Assembly (NCBI GenBank): GCA_963739795.1
Contig: CAVUBL010000010.1
Location: 410,798-474,797, forward strand
Length of the DNA stretch: 64,000 nt
Source of the DNA: an uncultured Acidobacteriota bacterium
GTDB lineage: Bacteria; Acidobacteriota; Thermoanaerobaculia; Multivoradales; DATKCC01
Direction of reading: 5' to 3'
The notes under the pieces: model-generated
Told to the model about the DNA's origin: nothing
What the model saw: only the letters and a program-made list of their open reading frames with translations
Database searches by the model: none
Made by a program: the position numbers and the translations under genes
Shown: one piece after another, positions 11,283 through 21,442 of the stretch
Layout: every line of letters starts with the position of its first letter
Numbering within the stretch: position 1 is the first letter of the stretch

Positions 11283-13352
11283 ATGTCGATCCGCCCTGTC
11301 CTCCGTCTCGCCGCCGGCCTGGCTCTCGCCGCGGCCTGTGCCGTCCCGTCTCTCGGGGACGCCGGCGTCCCGGCCGGCCCCGTCGCCGCCGGCTACGTTC
11401 CGGACCGGGAGTGCGCCCTCTGCCACCGGGACGAGACGCGATCGTTCCGGGAGGTCGGGATGGGCCGCTCGTTCGAGCCCGTGGCGACGGCGGTGCGCGA
11501 CGGGCTCCTGATCGAGGACTTTGACGCCCCGGCCTTCCACCACGCCCCCTCTCACCGCTGGTACCGGATCCTCCGCGCGGGCGGCGGCCTGGTCTTCCGG
11601 CGCTGGCAGCTCGACGACTCCGGCCGGAAGCTCAACGTCTTCGAGCAGCCCATCGACTACATCCTGGGCTCGGGCAACCACTCCCGCGTCTACCTGTACC
11701 GCACGCCCGTGGGCGAGCTCTTCCAGCTCCCCCTCGCCTGGTACTCGCAGGAGAACGGGGGGCGAGGGGGCTGGGGCATGTCCCCGGGCTACGACCATCC
11801 GGATCACCCGGGCGTCACCCGGCTCGTCCACCCCGAGTGCATGTTCTGTCACAACGCCTACCCCGACGCCGCCGCGGCCGGCGAGTCCCCGGGCGTGCCC
11901 GACACCTTCCCGGCGCGGCTCCCGGAGGGCATCGGCTGCCAGCGCTGCCACGGTCCGGGCGCGGACCACGTGCGCCTCGCCCTCGACTCGCAGGCCCCGG
12001 ACTCGATGATCCGGTCGGCGATCGTGAACCCGGCGCGGCTCTCCCCGGGGCGGCGCAACGACGTCTGCTACCAGTGCCACCTGCTGCCGTCCTTTTCCAT
12101 CGCGGGGATCCGCCGCTTCGGGCGCGGCGCGTATTCGTTTCGACCCGGACAGGTCCTGGACGACTTCCGGGTCCTCATGGACATTCGGGAAGCGGACCGA
12201 AAGCCGAGCGAGCGCTTCGAGATCGACCACCAGGCCTACCGGCTGGAGCAGAGCCATTGCTTCCAGGCGAGCGGCGGCGCCCTGTCCTGCCTCTCCTGCC
12301 ACGACCCGCACCGCAAAGTGCCGGCCGCCGACCGGCCGGCCCACTACCGCAAGGTCTGCCTCGGATGCCACGACGGCGCCCTGGCGGACCACCCGGCGGT
12401 CCACCGGCCCGGCGCCGAGGCGGCCGCCGGAGCCGCGCCCCTCGCGGTCCGTGACAGCGACTGTGTCCGTTGCCACATGCCTCCGCGCCGGGCCGAGGAC
12501 GTCGTCCACACCGTGATGACCGACCACCGCATCCAGCGGCCGCCGGCGGACCTCGCCGCCCTCCTCGCGCCGCTCCAGGAGCGGGAGACGGACCTCCAGG
12601 ACGTGCTGGTGGTGGACACCGACGGCGCGCCCAGCGGCCGTCTCGCGGGGGTCTATCGAGCGGTCGCCGCGATCGGAAAGCAGGTCGCGGTGAGCGACGC
12701 CGTCGACTTCCTGGAGGCGAACCTGGCAGGCGTCGCGCCCGAGGCCCGGGAAGCCTGGTTGGCCCTCGCCCGTGGGCAGATCCAGCTCCACCGCTGGAAG
12801 AGCGCGGAGGCGACCCTGCGCCGGGCCCTGGCCCTGACTCAGAATCAGGCTCAGAATCAGGCCCAGGACGAACCAGAGGTCCGGGCGAACCTCGCCCTCG
12901 CCCTGGCCGGAGAGGGCAAACCGGCGGCGGCCGAGGCGGTCTTTCGAGGCCTGGTCACGGACTACCCGAAGTGGCCCGACACGCTGGCCGGCCTGGGGCG
13001 GATTCTCCTCGGCCAAGGGCGGATGGGCGCCGCGATCCCCTACCTCCGGCGCGCCACCGACGAGGGCCCGAACCGGGCGGTGGCCTGGGACGCCCTGGGC
13101 GCCGCCGAGCTGGCTCTCCACCACCCCGCCGAGGCCACGGAGGACTTCCGCCGGGCCCTCGAGGTCGACCCGACCCGGGCCCCCACCTACCTGCGCCTCG
13201 CCGACGCCCTCGTCGCCCAGGGCCGGCGAGACGAGGCGCTGCGCTATCTGCGGGTGGGGGCGGCCACCGCCGCCGAGCCGAAGGAGATCGAAGCCCGTAT
13301 CGAGCGTCTACAGGCCGTCGCCCCGGCGGCTTCTCAGGGCAGTCGCCGGTAG
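11283..13352 (+). CDS. Multiheme (7 CxxCH) cytochrome c with C-terminal TPR repeats
   Basis: CALCH, CMFCH, CQRCH, CYQCH, CLSCH, CLGCH, CVRCH; signal peptide; TPR-like helices after ~aa 470. Confidence 0.88.
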   Translation: MSIRPVLRLAAGLALAAACAVPSLGDAGVPAGPVAAGYVPDRECALCHRDETRSFREVGMGRSFEPVATAVRDGLLIEDFDAPAFHHAPSHRWYRILRAGGGLVFRRWQLDDSGRKLNVFEQPIDYILGSGNHSRVYLYRTPVGELFQLPLAWYSQENGGRGGWGMSPGYDHPDHPGVTRLVHPECMFCHNAYPDAAAAGESPGVPDTFPARLPEGIGCQRCHGPGADHVRLALDSQAPDSMIRSAIVNPARLSPGRRNDVCYQCHLLPSFSIAGIRRFGRGAYSFRPGQVLDDFRVLMDIREADRKPSERFEIDHQAYRLEQSHCFQASGGALSCLSCHDPHRKVPAADRPAHYRKVCLGCHDGALADHPAVHRPGAEAAAGAAPLAVRDSDCVRCHMPPRRAEDVVHTVMTDHRIQRPPADLAALLAPLQERETDLQDVLVVDTDGAPSGRLAGVYRAVAAIGKQVAVSDAVDFLEANLAGVAPEAREAWLALARGQIQLHRWKSAEATLRRALALTQNQAQNQAQDEPEVRANLALALAGEGKPAAAEAVFRGLVTDYPKWPDTLAGLGRILLGQGRMGAAIPYLRRATDEGPNRAVAWDALGAAELALHHPAEATEDFRRALEVDPTRAPTYLRLADALVAQGRRDEALRYLRVGAATAAEPKEIEARIERLQAVAPAASQGSRR

Positions 13353-13909
13353 AAGGAGACGGCGCACTCGCCGTAGCGCCGCTGGTCGACCCGGATCAGC
13401 CCGCCGGTCTCGTCGGGAAGCGTGGTCCGCGCCGAGTGCTCGATCGCCGCCTCGCCCTCCTCGGAGAGGAGCGGGGCCAGCCCCTCGAGGAGCGCGGCGT
13501 AGCCCGAAAACCGGTACGGGGGGTCGGCGAAGATCAGGTCGAAGGGCCCCTCCCCCCGCGTCGCCAGCTCCCGGAGGCCGCCGGGCAGGTCGAGACGGCG
13601 GATCTCGACCAGGGCCTCGCCCAGGCGGTCCCGGTTGCTCTGGAGGAGCGCCGCGGCGCGCCGGTCCGAGTCCACGCAGACCACCCGGAGAGCTCCCCTC
13701 CCCGCCGCCTCCAGCCCGATGACGCCGCTCCCGGCGAACAGGTCGAGGAGGCTCGCGCCTCGCTTCAGGGGCTCGTGCCAGATGGAGAACAGGGCTTCGC
13801 GCACCCGGCCCTCGGTCGGTCGGGCACCGGGAGGCACGGCGAGCCACCGGCCCCGGTGTTCCCCGCCCGTCGCCCGGACCCGGTTGGTCCTCGAGGCCCC
13901 GGCGCTCAC
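13334..13909 (-). CDS. rsmD: 16S rRNA (guanine966-N2) methyltransferase
   Basis: RPTEGRVREALF, LDLFAGSG..GLEA and DPPY motifs. Confidence 0.92.
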   Translation of the reverse strand: MSAGASRTNRVRATGGEHRGRWLAVPPGARPTEGRVREALFSIWHEPLKRGASLLDLFAGSGVIGLEAAGRGALRVVCVDSDRRAAALLQSNRDRLGEALVEIRRLDLPGGLRELATRGEGPFDLIFADPPYRFSGYAALLEGLAPLLSEEGEAAIEHSARTTLPDETGGLIRVDQRRYGECAVSFYRRLP

Positions 13910-14853
13910 GGCGGGCCCTCGGACGGCTTCTGATCCCCACTGGAGTCACTGGAGTCCGGGACGGGATCCGGGGTGGCGCCCAGCCCCGTGGCGTGCTTGA
14001 CCAGGGAGACGAAGGTCCGGGCGATGTCGTCGACGGCGACGTAGACGGTCAGGGGATTGTCCACCCCCTCGAGCTCCACGCCCTTGCCGTCGGACGTGAA
14101 GTCGACCACCTGGAAGTGGTCTCCGTCGGCGCGCTGGAGGATGTCGCCGCGCACCGGCTTGTAGCCCACGGGCAGCTCCGGCGGAAGCTCCATTCCTGCG
14201 ACGACGGCCAGGCGGTCCGCCACCTGGACCACGCGCGAGAGGGCGAGGGGCAGGCTCGAGAAGCGGCCGAAGCGTAGCTCGATGCGCCCGTCGGGGCCGG
14301 GCCGGGAGACCGGCGGCGGGCTCTTCATGGACGGCCGGCCCCGGTCGCCCGCCGGGTCGGGATTCGGAGCCCCCGGCACATCCAGCTCGAGCAGGCAGCT
14401 CTCGACCCAGTCCCCCTCGACCGTCAGCGGATCGGGGTCGACCTCCGAAAGGTCCTCCCGGCGGAGCTGGTCGAGGGTCGCCGCCAGCTCGTCCGGGCCC
14501 AGCTCGCCCAGATGCATCGCCTCCTTGCCGAGCGGCCCCTGCCGCAGGCGCACGGTGCCGTTGGCGAACAGGGTCACCTCGCGGCGGTCGATGCGGCTTC
14601 GGCAGTCCAGCCGCAGCAGGACGTGAGACCGGGGGTCCGTGGAAACCGCAGAGGGCTCGGGGAGCGGGTTGGGCCGGCCGGCTGTGTCCGGCTTCGAGCC
14701 GGGTTCCTGTCCGGATGGCTGGCCGGCTTCCTGACTCCGCTGGACGAGCGGCTGGTTCGAAGGCTCCTGGGCGGCAAGGCGGGAGCCGCCCGCCGCCAGG
14801 GTCGCCACCAGGAGCAGAGCGAGGACCAGGACCTCTCGTAGGCGGTATGTCAT
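13906..14853 (-). CDS. Hypothetical exported protein
   Basis: ATG overlaps upstream stop; hydrophobic signal MTYRLREVLVLALLLVATLAAG; 3' part of ORF 13906..16410. Confidence 0.6.
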   Translation of the reverse strand: MTYRLREVLVLALLLVATLAAGGSRLAAQEPSNQPLVQRSQEAGQPSGQEPGSKPDTAGRPNPLPEPSAVSTDPRSHVLLRLDCRSRIDRREVTLFANGTVRLRQGPLGKEAMHLGELGPDELAATLDQLRREDLSEVDPDPLTVEGDWVESCLLELDVPGAPNPDPAGDRGRPSMKSPPPVSRPGPDGRIELRFGRFSSLPLALSRVVQVADRLAVVAGMELPPELPVGYKPVRGDILQRADGDHFQVVDFTSDGKGVELEGVDNPLTVYVAVDDIARTFVSLVKHATGLGATPDPVPDSSDSSGDQKPSEGPP

Positions 14854-17573
14854 CGATTGCCCTCCCCCGCCGGACCGGCGGCCACCGGCTGGGCCTCCTC
14901 CTCGTCCCGATGGACGAGCTCGAGGGCGAGCTCCAGCTCTTGCTCGGGGCCGATCCGCCCGTCGAGGCGGGCGTCGCGGACCGCGGCGAGGGCCTTGCCC
15001 ACGAGCGGCCCGGGCGCCACCCCCCGGGCCACCAGGTCGCGGCCCCGCACCGTCAGCTCCAGGCGACGGAGCTCGGTCAGGTCGCGCCGCGCCCAGGCGC
15101 GGACCGGCTCGTTCTCCGACGCCACAAGGAGGAGGATCTCTTCGCCCGCCAGGTGTCCCAGGGCCGCGGCCACCCGATGAGCCGCCAGCTCGGGGCGGGC
15201 GAGCAGCTCCCGCGTCCGGGCGAGCCGCGAGGCGCTCCCGACGAGCAGGGCCCGGTCCGCCCCCGCGAGCATGAGCCGATCTGCCAGGGCCTCGCCGGCG
15301 GCGAGATCCCGGCCGGCATCGCGCTCCCCGCCGGTTCCCGCGACCAGGGCGAGGAGCAGGAGGCGCCACAGGCGAGCCGGAGGCTCGTCCAGGCCCTCGA
15401 CCGAGTACCAGTTCCAGGCCACGACCACCCGGCGCAGGCTCTCCCGGTCCCCTTCGGCGAGGTGCAGGGAGGGGTGGAGCGCCTCGAGCACGCCCAGCCC
15501 GTCGAGGCGCTCGAGGCCGCGGACCGCGAGGGCCGGGTCGTCGAGCAGGAGGACGAGCTCCTCGCGCAGGCGACTGCCCGAGAGGCGGTCGAAGACGCCC
15601 TCGGCAAGGGCCACGTCCACCAGGTTCAGGGTCTCGGGGGAGATCTCGAACCCGAGGCGGAGGCCGAGCCGCACCGCCCGCAGGACCCGGGTCGGATCGT
15701 CGATGAACGACAGGCTGTGGAGCACCCGGAGGAGGTGGTTGTCCAGGTCCCGCCGGCCGCCGAAGTAGTCGATCAGCTCCGGCGACGGCTCGGGCCCGAG
15801 GCGCACCGCCAGGGCGTTGATCGTGAAGTCGCGCCGGTAGAGGTCCTGGCGCACGGGCGAGGTCTGGACCTCGGGCAGGGCCGCCGGGGCGCGGTAGAAC
15901 TCGCTGCGCGCCGTGGCCACATCCACGTGGAAACCCTCCGGGTCGATCACCACCGCGGTCAGGAACGCCTCGTGGACCCGCACCCGCCCGCCGAGCTCGG
16001 CGGCCAGGAGGCGGGCGAAGTGAGGGCCATCCCCCTCCACCACCAGGTCCAGGTCCCGGTTCTCGCGGCGCAGCAGGAGGTCCCGAACGATCCCCCCCAC
16101 CAGGTAGACGGGGATCTCGCGGCGGCGGGAGACCTCGGCGACGGTTCGTACCCGCTCGTAGACCGCGGTGGGCAGGCGTTGGCGCAGGAGGTCGCCCACC
16201 GCGAGGCGCTCCTCGGGCAGGTGGGCCAGGCGTCGCTCCACGCCGCTCCCCGCCTCCCGCAGGCGGCCGTGGAGGTGACGGAGCACCTGCATCCGGGTGA
16301 CCAGGCCGGCGGCCTGCCCGCTCTCCCGGTCGCCCACCAGGATGAGGCGCGGGTGGCGACGGGTCATACGCTCGCCGACCTCGTCGGCCGGCGCGTCGGG
16401 CTCCACCCACTCCAGGTCGCGGTCCGCCACCGTCTCGACCCGCCGCTCGCCCAGCCCGTGCTGCAGGGCGCCGTCCAGGGTCTGGCGGGTGACGACGCCG
16501 ATCGTCCGGCCCCCGGGCTCGACGATGGGCGCGGCGTTGATCCGGCGCGCGACCAGGGCCTCCTTGGCCTCGGCGACGGTCTGGTCGAGGCGGAGGGTGA
16601 AAAAGCCCGTGACCATGAGGTCCGCGGCCCGGGCCGAGGGCGGAAGGTTGCGCTCGAGAAACGCGCGCAGCGACTCGCGGGCCTCCAGGGGGGTGACTCC
16701 CTTGAGGCGGGCGGAGGCCGCCGTGGCGTGACCACCGCCGCCGGCGAACGCCTCGAGCAGCCTGCCCAGGTCGACGCCCGGCTGATCTCCCCGCGCAATC
16801 ACCGTCACCCGGTCGCCCTCACCGAAAAGGGCGAAGAGCAGGGGGAGGTCGAAAATCTCCAGACAGCGGTTGACCAGGGGCGCCAGCTCGTCCACGTAGT
16901 CGCCCAGCTCGAGGGCCACGTAGCCCACCCGGCGTCCCCGAACCCCCTCGACCTCCAGGGCCTCGGTCATCCGGTGGAGGATGTCGAAACGGCTCGGGTC
17001 GAGTCGCTGGAGGGCGTGGCGCCGGACGACGGAGAGGTCGGCGCCACGCTCCAGGAGGCCGGCGACGGCCCGCAGGTCCCGGGGCCCGGTCCCGGAGTAC
17101 GCCAGGGATCCGGTGTCCTCGTAGATCCCCAGCAGGAGGAGTGTGGCCTCGACGGGTGTCGGAGCGTAGCCCCGCTCCGCGAAGATCTCGGCAAGGAGGG
17201 TGCAGGTGGAGCCTGCTCCGGGGTCGACGCGGCCTCCGGCGACGGTCAGGTCGCCCTCGGACGGTGCGTGGTGGTCGTAGGCCCAGAGCTCGATGGCGGG
17301 GTTGGCGGCAAGCCAGTCGGCGACGACGCCGATGCGGTCGCGCTGGACGACGTCGCACAGGACGAGGCGGGTGACGCGGGCGGGGTCGACTTCCTTCGGG
17401 CGGAGCTCGGTAAAGGGGATCTCGTTGCCGAAGGGCCCTTCCAAGAGGCGGCGGACGGACTCTTCCTTGGAGCCGGGAAAGAAGACGCCGGCTCCGGGAT
17501 GGAGCTTGCGGGCCATGAGGACCGCGCAGGTGGCGTCGAAGTCGGCGCCCAGGTGGGTGGTGACGATCTCCAT
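14850..17573 (-). CDS. DHH/DHHA1-CBS-tRNA nucleotidyltransferase (CCA- or A-adding enzyme)
   Basis: HLGADFDA, YDHH, GGGH (DHH family); CBS pair; GGIVRDLLL..DLDLVV, RRDFTINA and DDPTR class II NTase motifs. Confidence 0.9.
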   Translation of the reverse strand: MEIVTTHLGADFDATCAVLMARKLHPGAGVFFPGSKEESVRRLLEGPFGNEIPFTELRPKEVDPARVTRLVLCDVVQRDRIGVVADWLAANPAIELWAYDHHAPSEGDLTVAGGRVDPGAGSTCTLLAEIFAERGYAPTPVEATLLLLGIYEDTGSLAYSGTGPRDLRAVAGLLERGADLSVVRRHALQRLDPSRFDILHRMTEALEVEGVRGRRVGYVALELGDYVDELAPLVNRCLEIFDLPLLFALFGEGDRVTVIARGDQPGVDLGRLLEAFAGGGGHATAASARLKGVTPLEARESLRAFLERNLPPSARAADLMVTGFFTLRLDQTVAEAKEALVARRINAAPIVEPGGRTIGVVTRQTLDGALQHGLGERRVETVADRDLEWVEPDAPADEVGERMTRRHPRLILVGDRESGQAAGLVTRMQVLRHLHGRLREAGSGVERRLAHLPEERLAVGDLLRQRLPTAVYERVRTVAEVSRRREIPVYLVGGIVRDLLLRRENRDLDLVVEGDGPHFARLLAAELGGRVRVHEAFLTAVVIDPEGFHVDVATARSEFYRAPAALPEVQTSPVRQDLYRRDFTINALAVRLGPEPSPELIDYFGGRRDLDNHLLRVLHSLSFIDDPTRVLRAVRLGLRLGFEISPETLNLVDVALAEGVFDRLSGSRLREELVLLLDDPALAVRGLERLDGLGVLEALHPSLHLAEGDRESLRRVVVAWNWYSVEGLDEPPARLWRLLLLALVAGTGGERDAGRDLAAGEALADRLMLAGADRALLVGSASRLARTRELLARPELAAHRVAAALGHLAGEEILLLVASENEPVRAWARRDLTELRRLELTVRGRDLVARGVAPGPLVGKALAAVRDARLDGRIGPEQELELALELVHRDEEEAQPVAAGPAGEGNR

Positions 17574-17611
17574 GGCGATAGAAGTCTACCCAGGGATGCT
17601 AGCCTTGCGCT

Positions 17612-17688
17612 GGCGCGCTGCCCCAACTGGTAGAGGGGCCCGACTTAAAATCGGGCGGTTCCGGGTTCGAGTCCCGGGCGCGCTACCA
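17612..17688 (+). tRNA. tRNA-Leu(TAA), 77 nt, short variable loop, encoded CCA
   Basis: Acceptor GGCGCGC/GCGCGCT-A-CCA; anticodon arm CCCGA-CTTAAAA-TCGGG; T arm CCGGG-TTCGAGT-CCCGG. Confidence 0.9.
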
Positions 17689-17827
17689 CCCGACGCGGCC
17701 GCGCAGACTCCTCGATCCGCCTGGCCGGGACCGGCGGCCCCACGCCGGCGTCGACCTCCTCCGCAGCTTACACGTAGCCCCGCCCGGCCCGGGCGCCCGC
17801 TGAACTCCGTTCCGGCCGCGCGGGCCC

Positions 17828-18302
17828 CTACTCCACCTCGAGCTCGTAGTCGGTGGTGATCTCGATCGCCTTGTGGATGGACTGGTAGACCGGGCAGTGC
17901 TCGGCGTGGATGCGGTGCACCCGGTCGACCGTCTCCCGGGCCGCCTCCGGCGCCCGCAGCCGGTAGTGCACGTGGATGCGCCGGATCACCAGGACCCGGT
18001 TCACGAGCTCGATCTCGCCCCGCACGTGGGCCACCAACCGCCCCTCGCTCGCATCGACGTGACGCGCCTCCAGCGCGCCTCCCAGGGTCCCGGTCAGTCA
18101 GCCACCGGCGGCGGCCACGATGTAGTCGAGGGTCGTGGCGTGGGGCTCGAAGGCGTCGGCGGGCACGCCGTAGTGCTCGGCGATGGCTCCGTGGACGCCG
18201 AAGACGACCGGCTCGGGCTCGGCCGGCAGGCGGGCGTGGCGCATCGGGACCCCTCTCCCGCTCGATCAGGACCTCGGAAACGTAGGCGACGTCATGACTC
18301 AT
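17828..18302 (-). CDS. OsmC-like protein, probable selenoprotein (in-frame TGA 18098-18100; +1 indel near 18245)
   Basis: Reads ...TLDYIVAAAGG-[TGA]-LTGTLGGALEAR...HCPVYQSI; TGA sits at the first catalytic Cys position; hairpin follows. Confidence 0.75.
18061..18079 (-). promoter_or_regulatory. Candidate bacterial SECIS hairpin
   Basis: mRNA GGCGCGC-UGGAG-GCGCGUC, stem begins 18 nt after the UGA, G at loop position 2. Confidence 0.5.
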
Positions 18303-18348
18303 GGGAAACCTCCTCGGCCATCGGATTCTGCTCTTTCGAGGCACACGG

Positions 18349-19865
18349 TCAACCGCCGGCGGGATCGCTCACCCGCTCGCGCAGGTCGCCCAGGACGTCC
18401 TCGATCTCCTCGAGCGCCGAGCGCAGGTCGTCGGCGATCTCCTCGGCCAGAAGGTGCGGCTCCGGCAGGTTGGCCGAGTCCTCCAGGCTCTCGTCCCGGA
18501 GCCAGAAGAGATCGAGGCTGAGCTTGTCCCGCTGGGCCAGCTCGTCGTAAGTGTAGGCCCGCCAGCGCCCGTCCGGGGTCTCCTCGGACCAGGTCGGCTT
18601 CCGGTTGTGGCGATCGCCGGGCTGGTAGCAGGCGACGAACTCGTCCAGGTCGCTCCGGGTGAGCGGCCGCTCCTTGAGGGTGAAGTGCCCGTTGGTCCGG
18701 AGGTCGTAGACCCAGACCTCCTGGGTCCACGGCTTGTCCGAGCCCGGCTTGCGATCGAAGAAGAGCACGTTGGCTTTGACGCCCTGGGCGTAGAAGATGC
18801 CCGTCGGCAGGCGAAGCAGGGTGTGCACCTCGGTCTCCCGGAGGAGCTTCCTCCGCACCGTCTCCCCCGCCCCACCCTCGAACAGCACGTTGTCCGGCAC
18901 CACCATGGCCGCCCGGCCGTGGATCTTCAGCAGGCTCTTGACGTGCTGCACGAAGTTGAGCTGCTTGTTCGAGGTGGTGGTCCAGAAGTCGGGGCGGTTG
19001 TAGGTCAGCGTCTTGCGGTCGGTCTCGCCGGCCTCGTTGATCACCGTGATGCTCGACTTCTTGCCGAACGGCGGGTTGGTCAGCACCACGTCGGCGTGGA
19101 CGCTCGGCTCGTCCCGCAGGGCGTCGTCGGTGGCGATCGGCGGGGTCGTCTCGTCGTCGGTCGGGCCGATCCCGTGGAGCAGGAGGTTCATGGCGCACAG
19201 CCGGCTCACCCCGTCCACCAGCTCCACGCCGCGCAGCGCCTCGTACTGGAGGAAGCGCTTCTGGTCCTTGTCGAGGTCGAAGCGCTCGGCCAGGTACTGG
19301 TGCGCCGCCAGCAGGAACCCGCCGGTGCCGCAGGCCGGGTCGAAGCACCACCTCGCCCGGCTTGCGGCTGGACGCACCGGACCATCGCCTCGATCACGCT
19401 CCGCGGCGTGAAGTATTGGCCGGCGCCGCCCTTGACGTCCTGGGCGTTCTTCTCCAGCAGGCCCTCGTAGGCGTCCCCCTTGACGTCGGAGGACATGGAG
19501 AGCCACTCCTCCTTGCCGATCAGGTCGACGATCAAGGTGCGCAGCTTCGCCGGGTCCTGGATCTTGTTCTGGGCCTTGCGGAAGATCAGCCCCAGCATGC
19601 CCCCCTCCTGGCCGAGGGTCTGGAGGGTCTCCCGGTAGTGGGCCTCGAGCTTCTCGCCCTCCATCAGGGGGTCGGAGAGGTCGGACCAGCGGAAGCCCGC
19701 GGGCACCGGCTGCTCGTCTCCGGTGAGCTGCTCGCGCTCGTCCGCCATCTTGAGGAACAGCAGGAAGGTGAGCTGCTCCAGGTAGTCCTGGTAGGAGAGC
19801 CCGTCGTCTCGCAGGACGTTGCAGTAGGACCAGAGCTTGTTGACCAGGCGCGAAGGGTCGGTCAC
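18349..19865 (-). CDS. hsdM: Type I R-M N6-adenine methyltransferase (one indel near 19350)
   Basis: LWSYCNVLRDDG, GAGQYFTPR, FDPACGTGGFL and NPPF motifs across ORFs 19206..19865 and 18349..19953. Confidence 0.9.
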
Positions 19866-21442
19866 GAGGTCGCCCTCTTCTGGCGCTTCGTGGGCTCCGT
19901 CGCCGCCCGCTCGGCCCGGATGCGCTCCAGGAGGACGGAGGCCGGCTCGTCATTCGGGTCCTGGTCCACGAGCCGGCCCTCGAAGGCCCACTTGAGGATG
20001 GACTGGCGAAGGCGGGTGATGCGGGCTGATGGCTGCGTCAGGAGTGGCGCTCGTCAGGTGACGCTCGACAGTCGATGAGCTCAATCGCACTGCCTCGCCG
20101 TGATCCGCTCCTGTTCAGCCGCAGGAGGGAGTGGAATGGGAAGCCGCTTGAGGTCGTCGATGTTCAGACCGACGGTCGATCTTGCGCCCTGCGTGTGCTC
20201 TCTCGAAGTCCAGCTCCTTGGCCAAGGAGAGTCCAATAAAGTAGCCACGCCGCTCGACAACTCGACGAGTCGACTAGCCGAAGACATGCCACTTCTGGTA
20301 GATATGAACGCCGCGCAATCGGCTGGGACTACCGCAACCCGTCCAGTGTTCCGCGCCGACGGTGACCAGAACATCACCTGCCGGCCTGAGCGGTCCTCCG
20401 ATATCTCATCTGAGCGACGTTCGCTGAGATCGGCTTTACATCGGCCAGGTCGAGATGAACCGATCTGACATTGGATGACGCGACGATCGGAACCTCCGCC
20501 CGGAGTCTTGGGGCCAGCTTCTACCGAACGGCCCGCTTCTGAATAGCCTCGACTGCGATGAGTGGCCAAGCTGGTCGACGCGTCGCCCAGCACCACCCCT
20601 CGGGCAGCTCGGGAAGCTCCGAGGTGTCCGGCGCCGCCGGCTCCTTGTACTTCGCCTTCCACCTGTCGTCCTTGGGCTCCTTGCCCTTGGCCCGCATCGA
20701 CTCGAGCTCGGCCTCTTCCCACCTCTTGCGCCGCTCCACCAGGATCCGCTCGAGCAGCTCGTCGGCGGGCTCGTAGTCCCGGCCCTCCTCCCGGGCCAGC
20801 TCGGCCTCGGTGGGGACCAGCCGGCCCTCGACCGCCGCCTTGAGCACCGAAGCCCGGTAGCGCTTCAGGTTGGCCTGAACCCGCCGGAGGGCCTGCTCGG
20901 CGGCGTCCAGGCGGGTGAAGTAGGAGTCGAGGGCGGAGACGATGCGGCGCTGTTCGGGGAGAGGTGGTACTGCAACCTCGGGATTTGCCTGATCGACTCC
21001 TTGAGTGCAGCTTGAGCCGACGTCGTGCCGCTGACAAACCGCCGATAGTCAACCCGGTCGAGCTGTACGTCAGGAAACCAGGTGGTATGCCAGCTCGAGA
21101 GGCGCAAGACTCCTCATCGAGACGTGATTGTGGAGCCATGCCTTACCACGAACAGGCATGCCATATCGATTGTCCAGAGTGCCCACGAACCAGGCTCCAT
21201 CCTCACTCAGCAGAACCAGACTTCGCCTCGTTACAAGAGGTGACCTGCTTCGAGTCCACCGCCTTGACTTGCATCCTAGATACGCTCCGTCGTATCGGAC
21301 GTGCCCCCACGCGAACGGCGATGTTCGGCCGCATTGACTGGTAGCACGCTTCCCGGCGGTACACGGATCTCGACGAGCTCTTCGCAGAGATGCAGATGCC
21401 CGATCCCCGGCATCGGTTTCCCAGCTGGTGGTAGTCACTCAC
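19862..21442 (-). CDS. hsdS: Type I R-M specificity subunit (multiple frameshifts as sequenced)
   Basis: PPLPEQRRIV...RASVLKAAVEGRLV central conserved region; LPIPLPPAAEQERI and ILKWAFEGRLV..DPNDEPAS C-terminal repeat; two lower-GC TRDs. Confidence 0.82.

Noticed and set aside
17660-17830. tRNA-Leu 3' end as the island attachment site
   Set aside because: No duplicate of its 3' end found, no integrase, and a core-looking OsmC gene follows.
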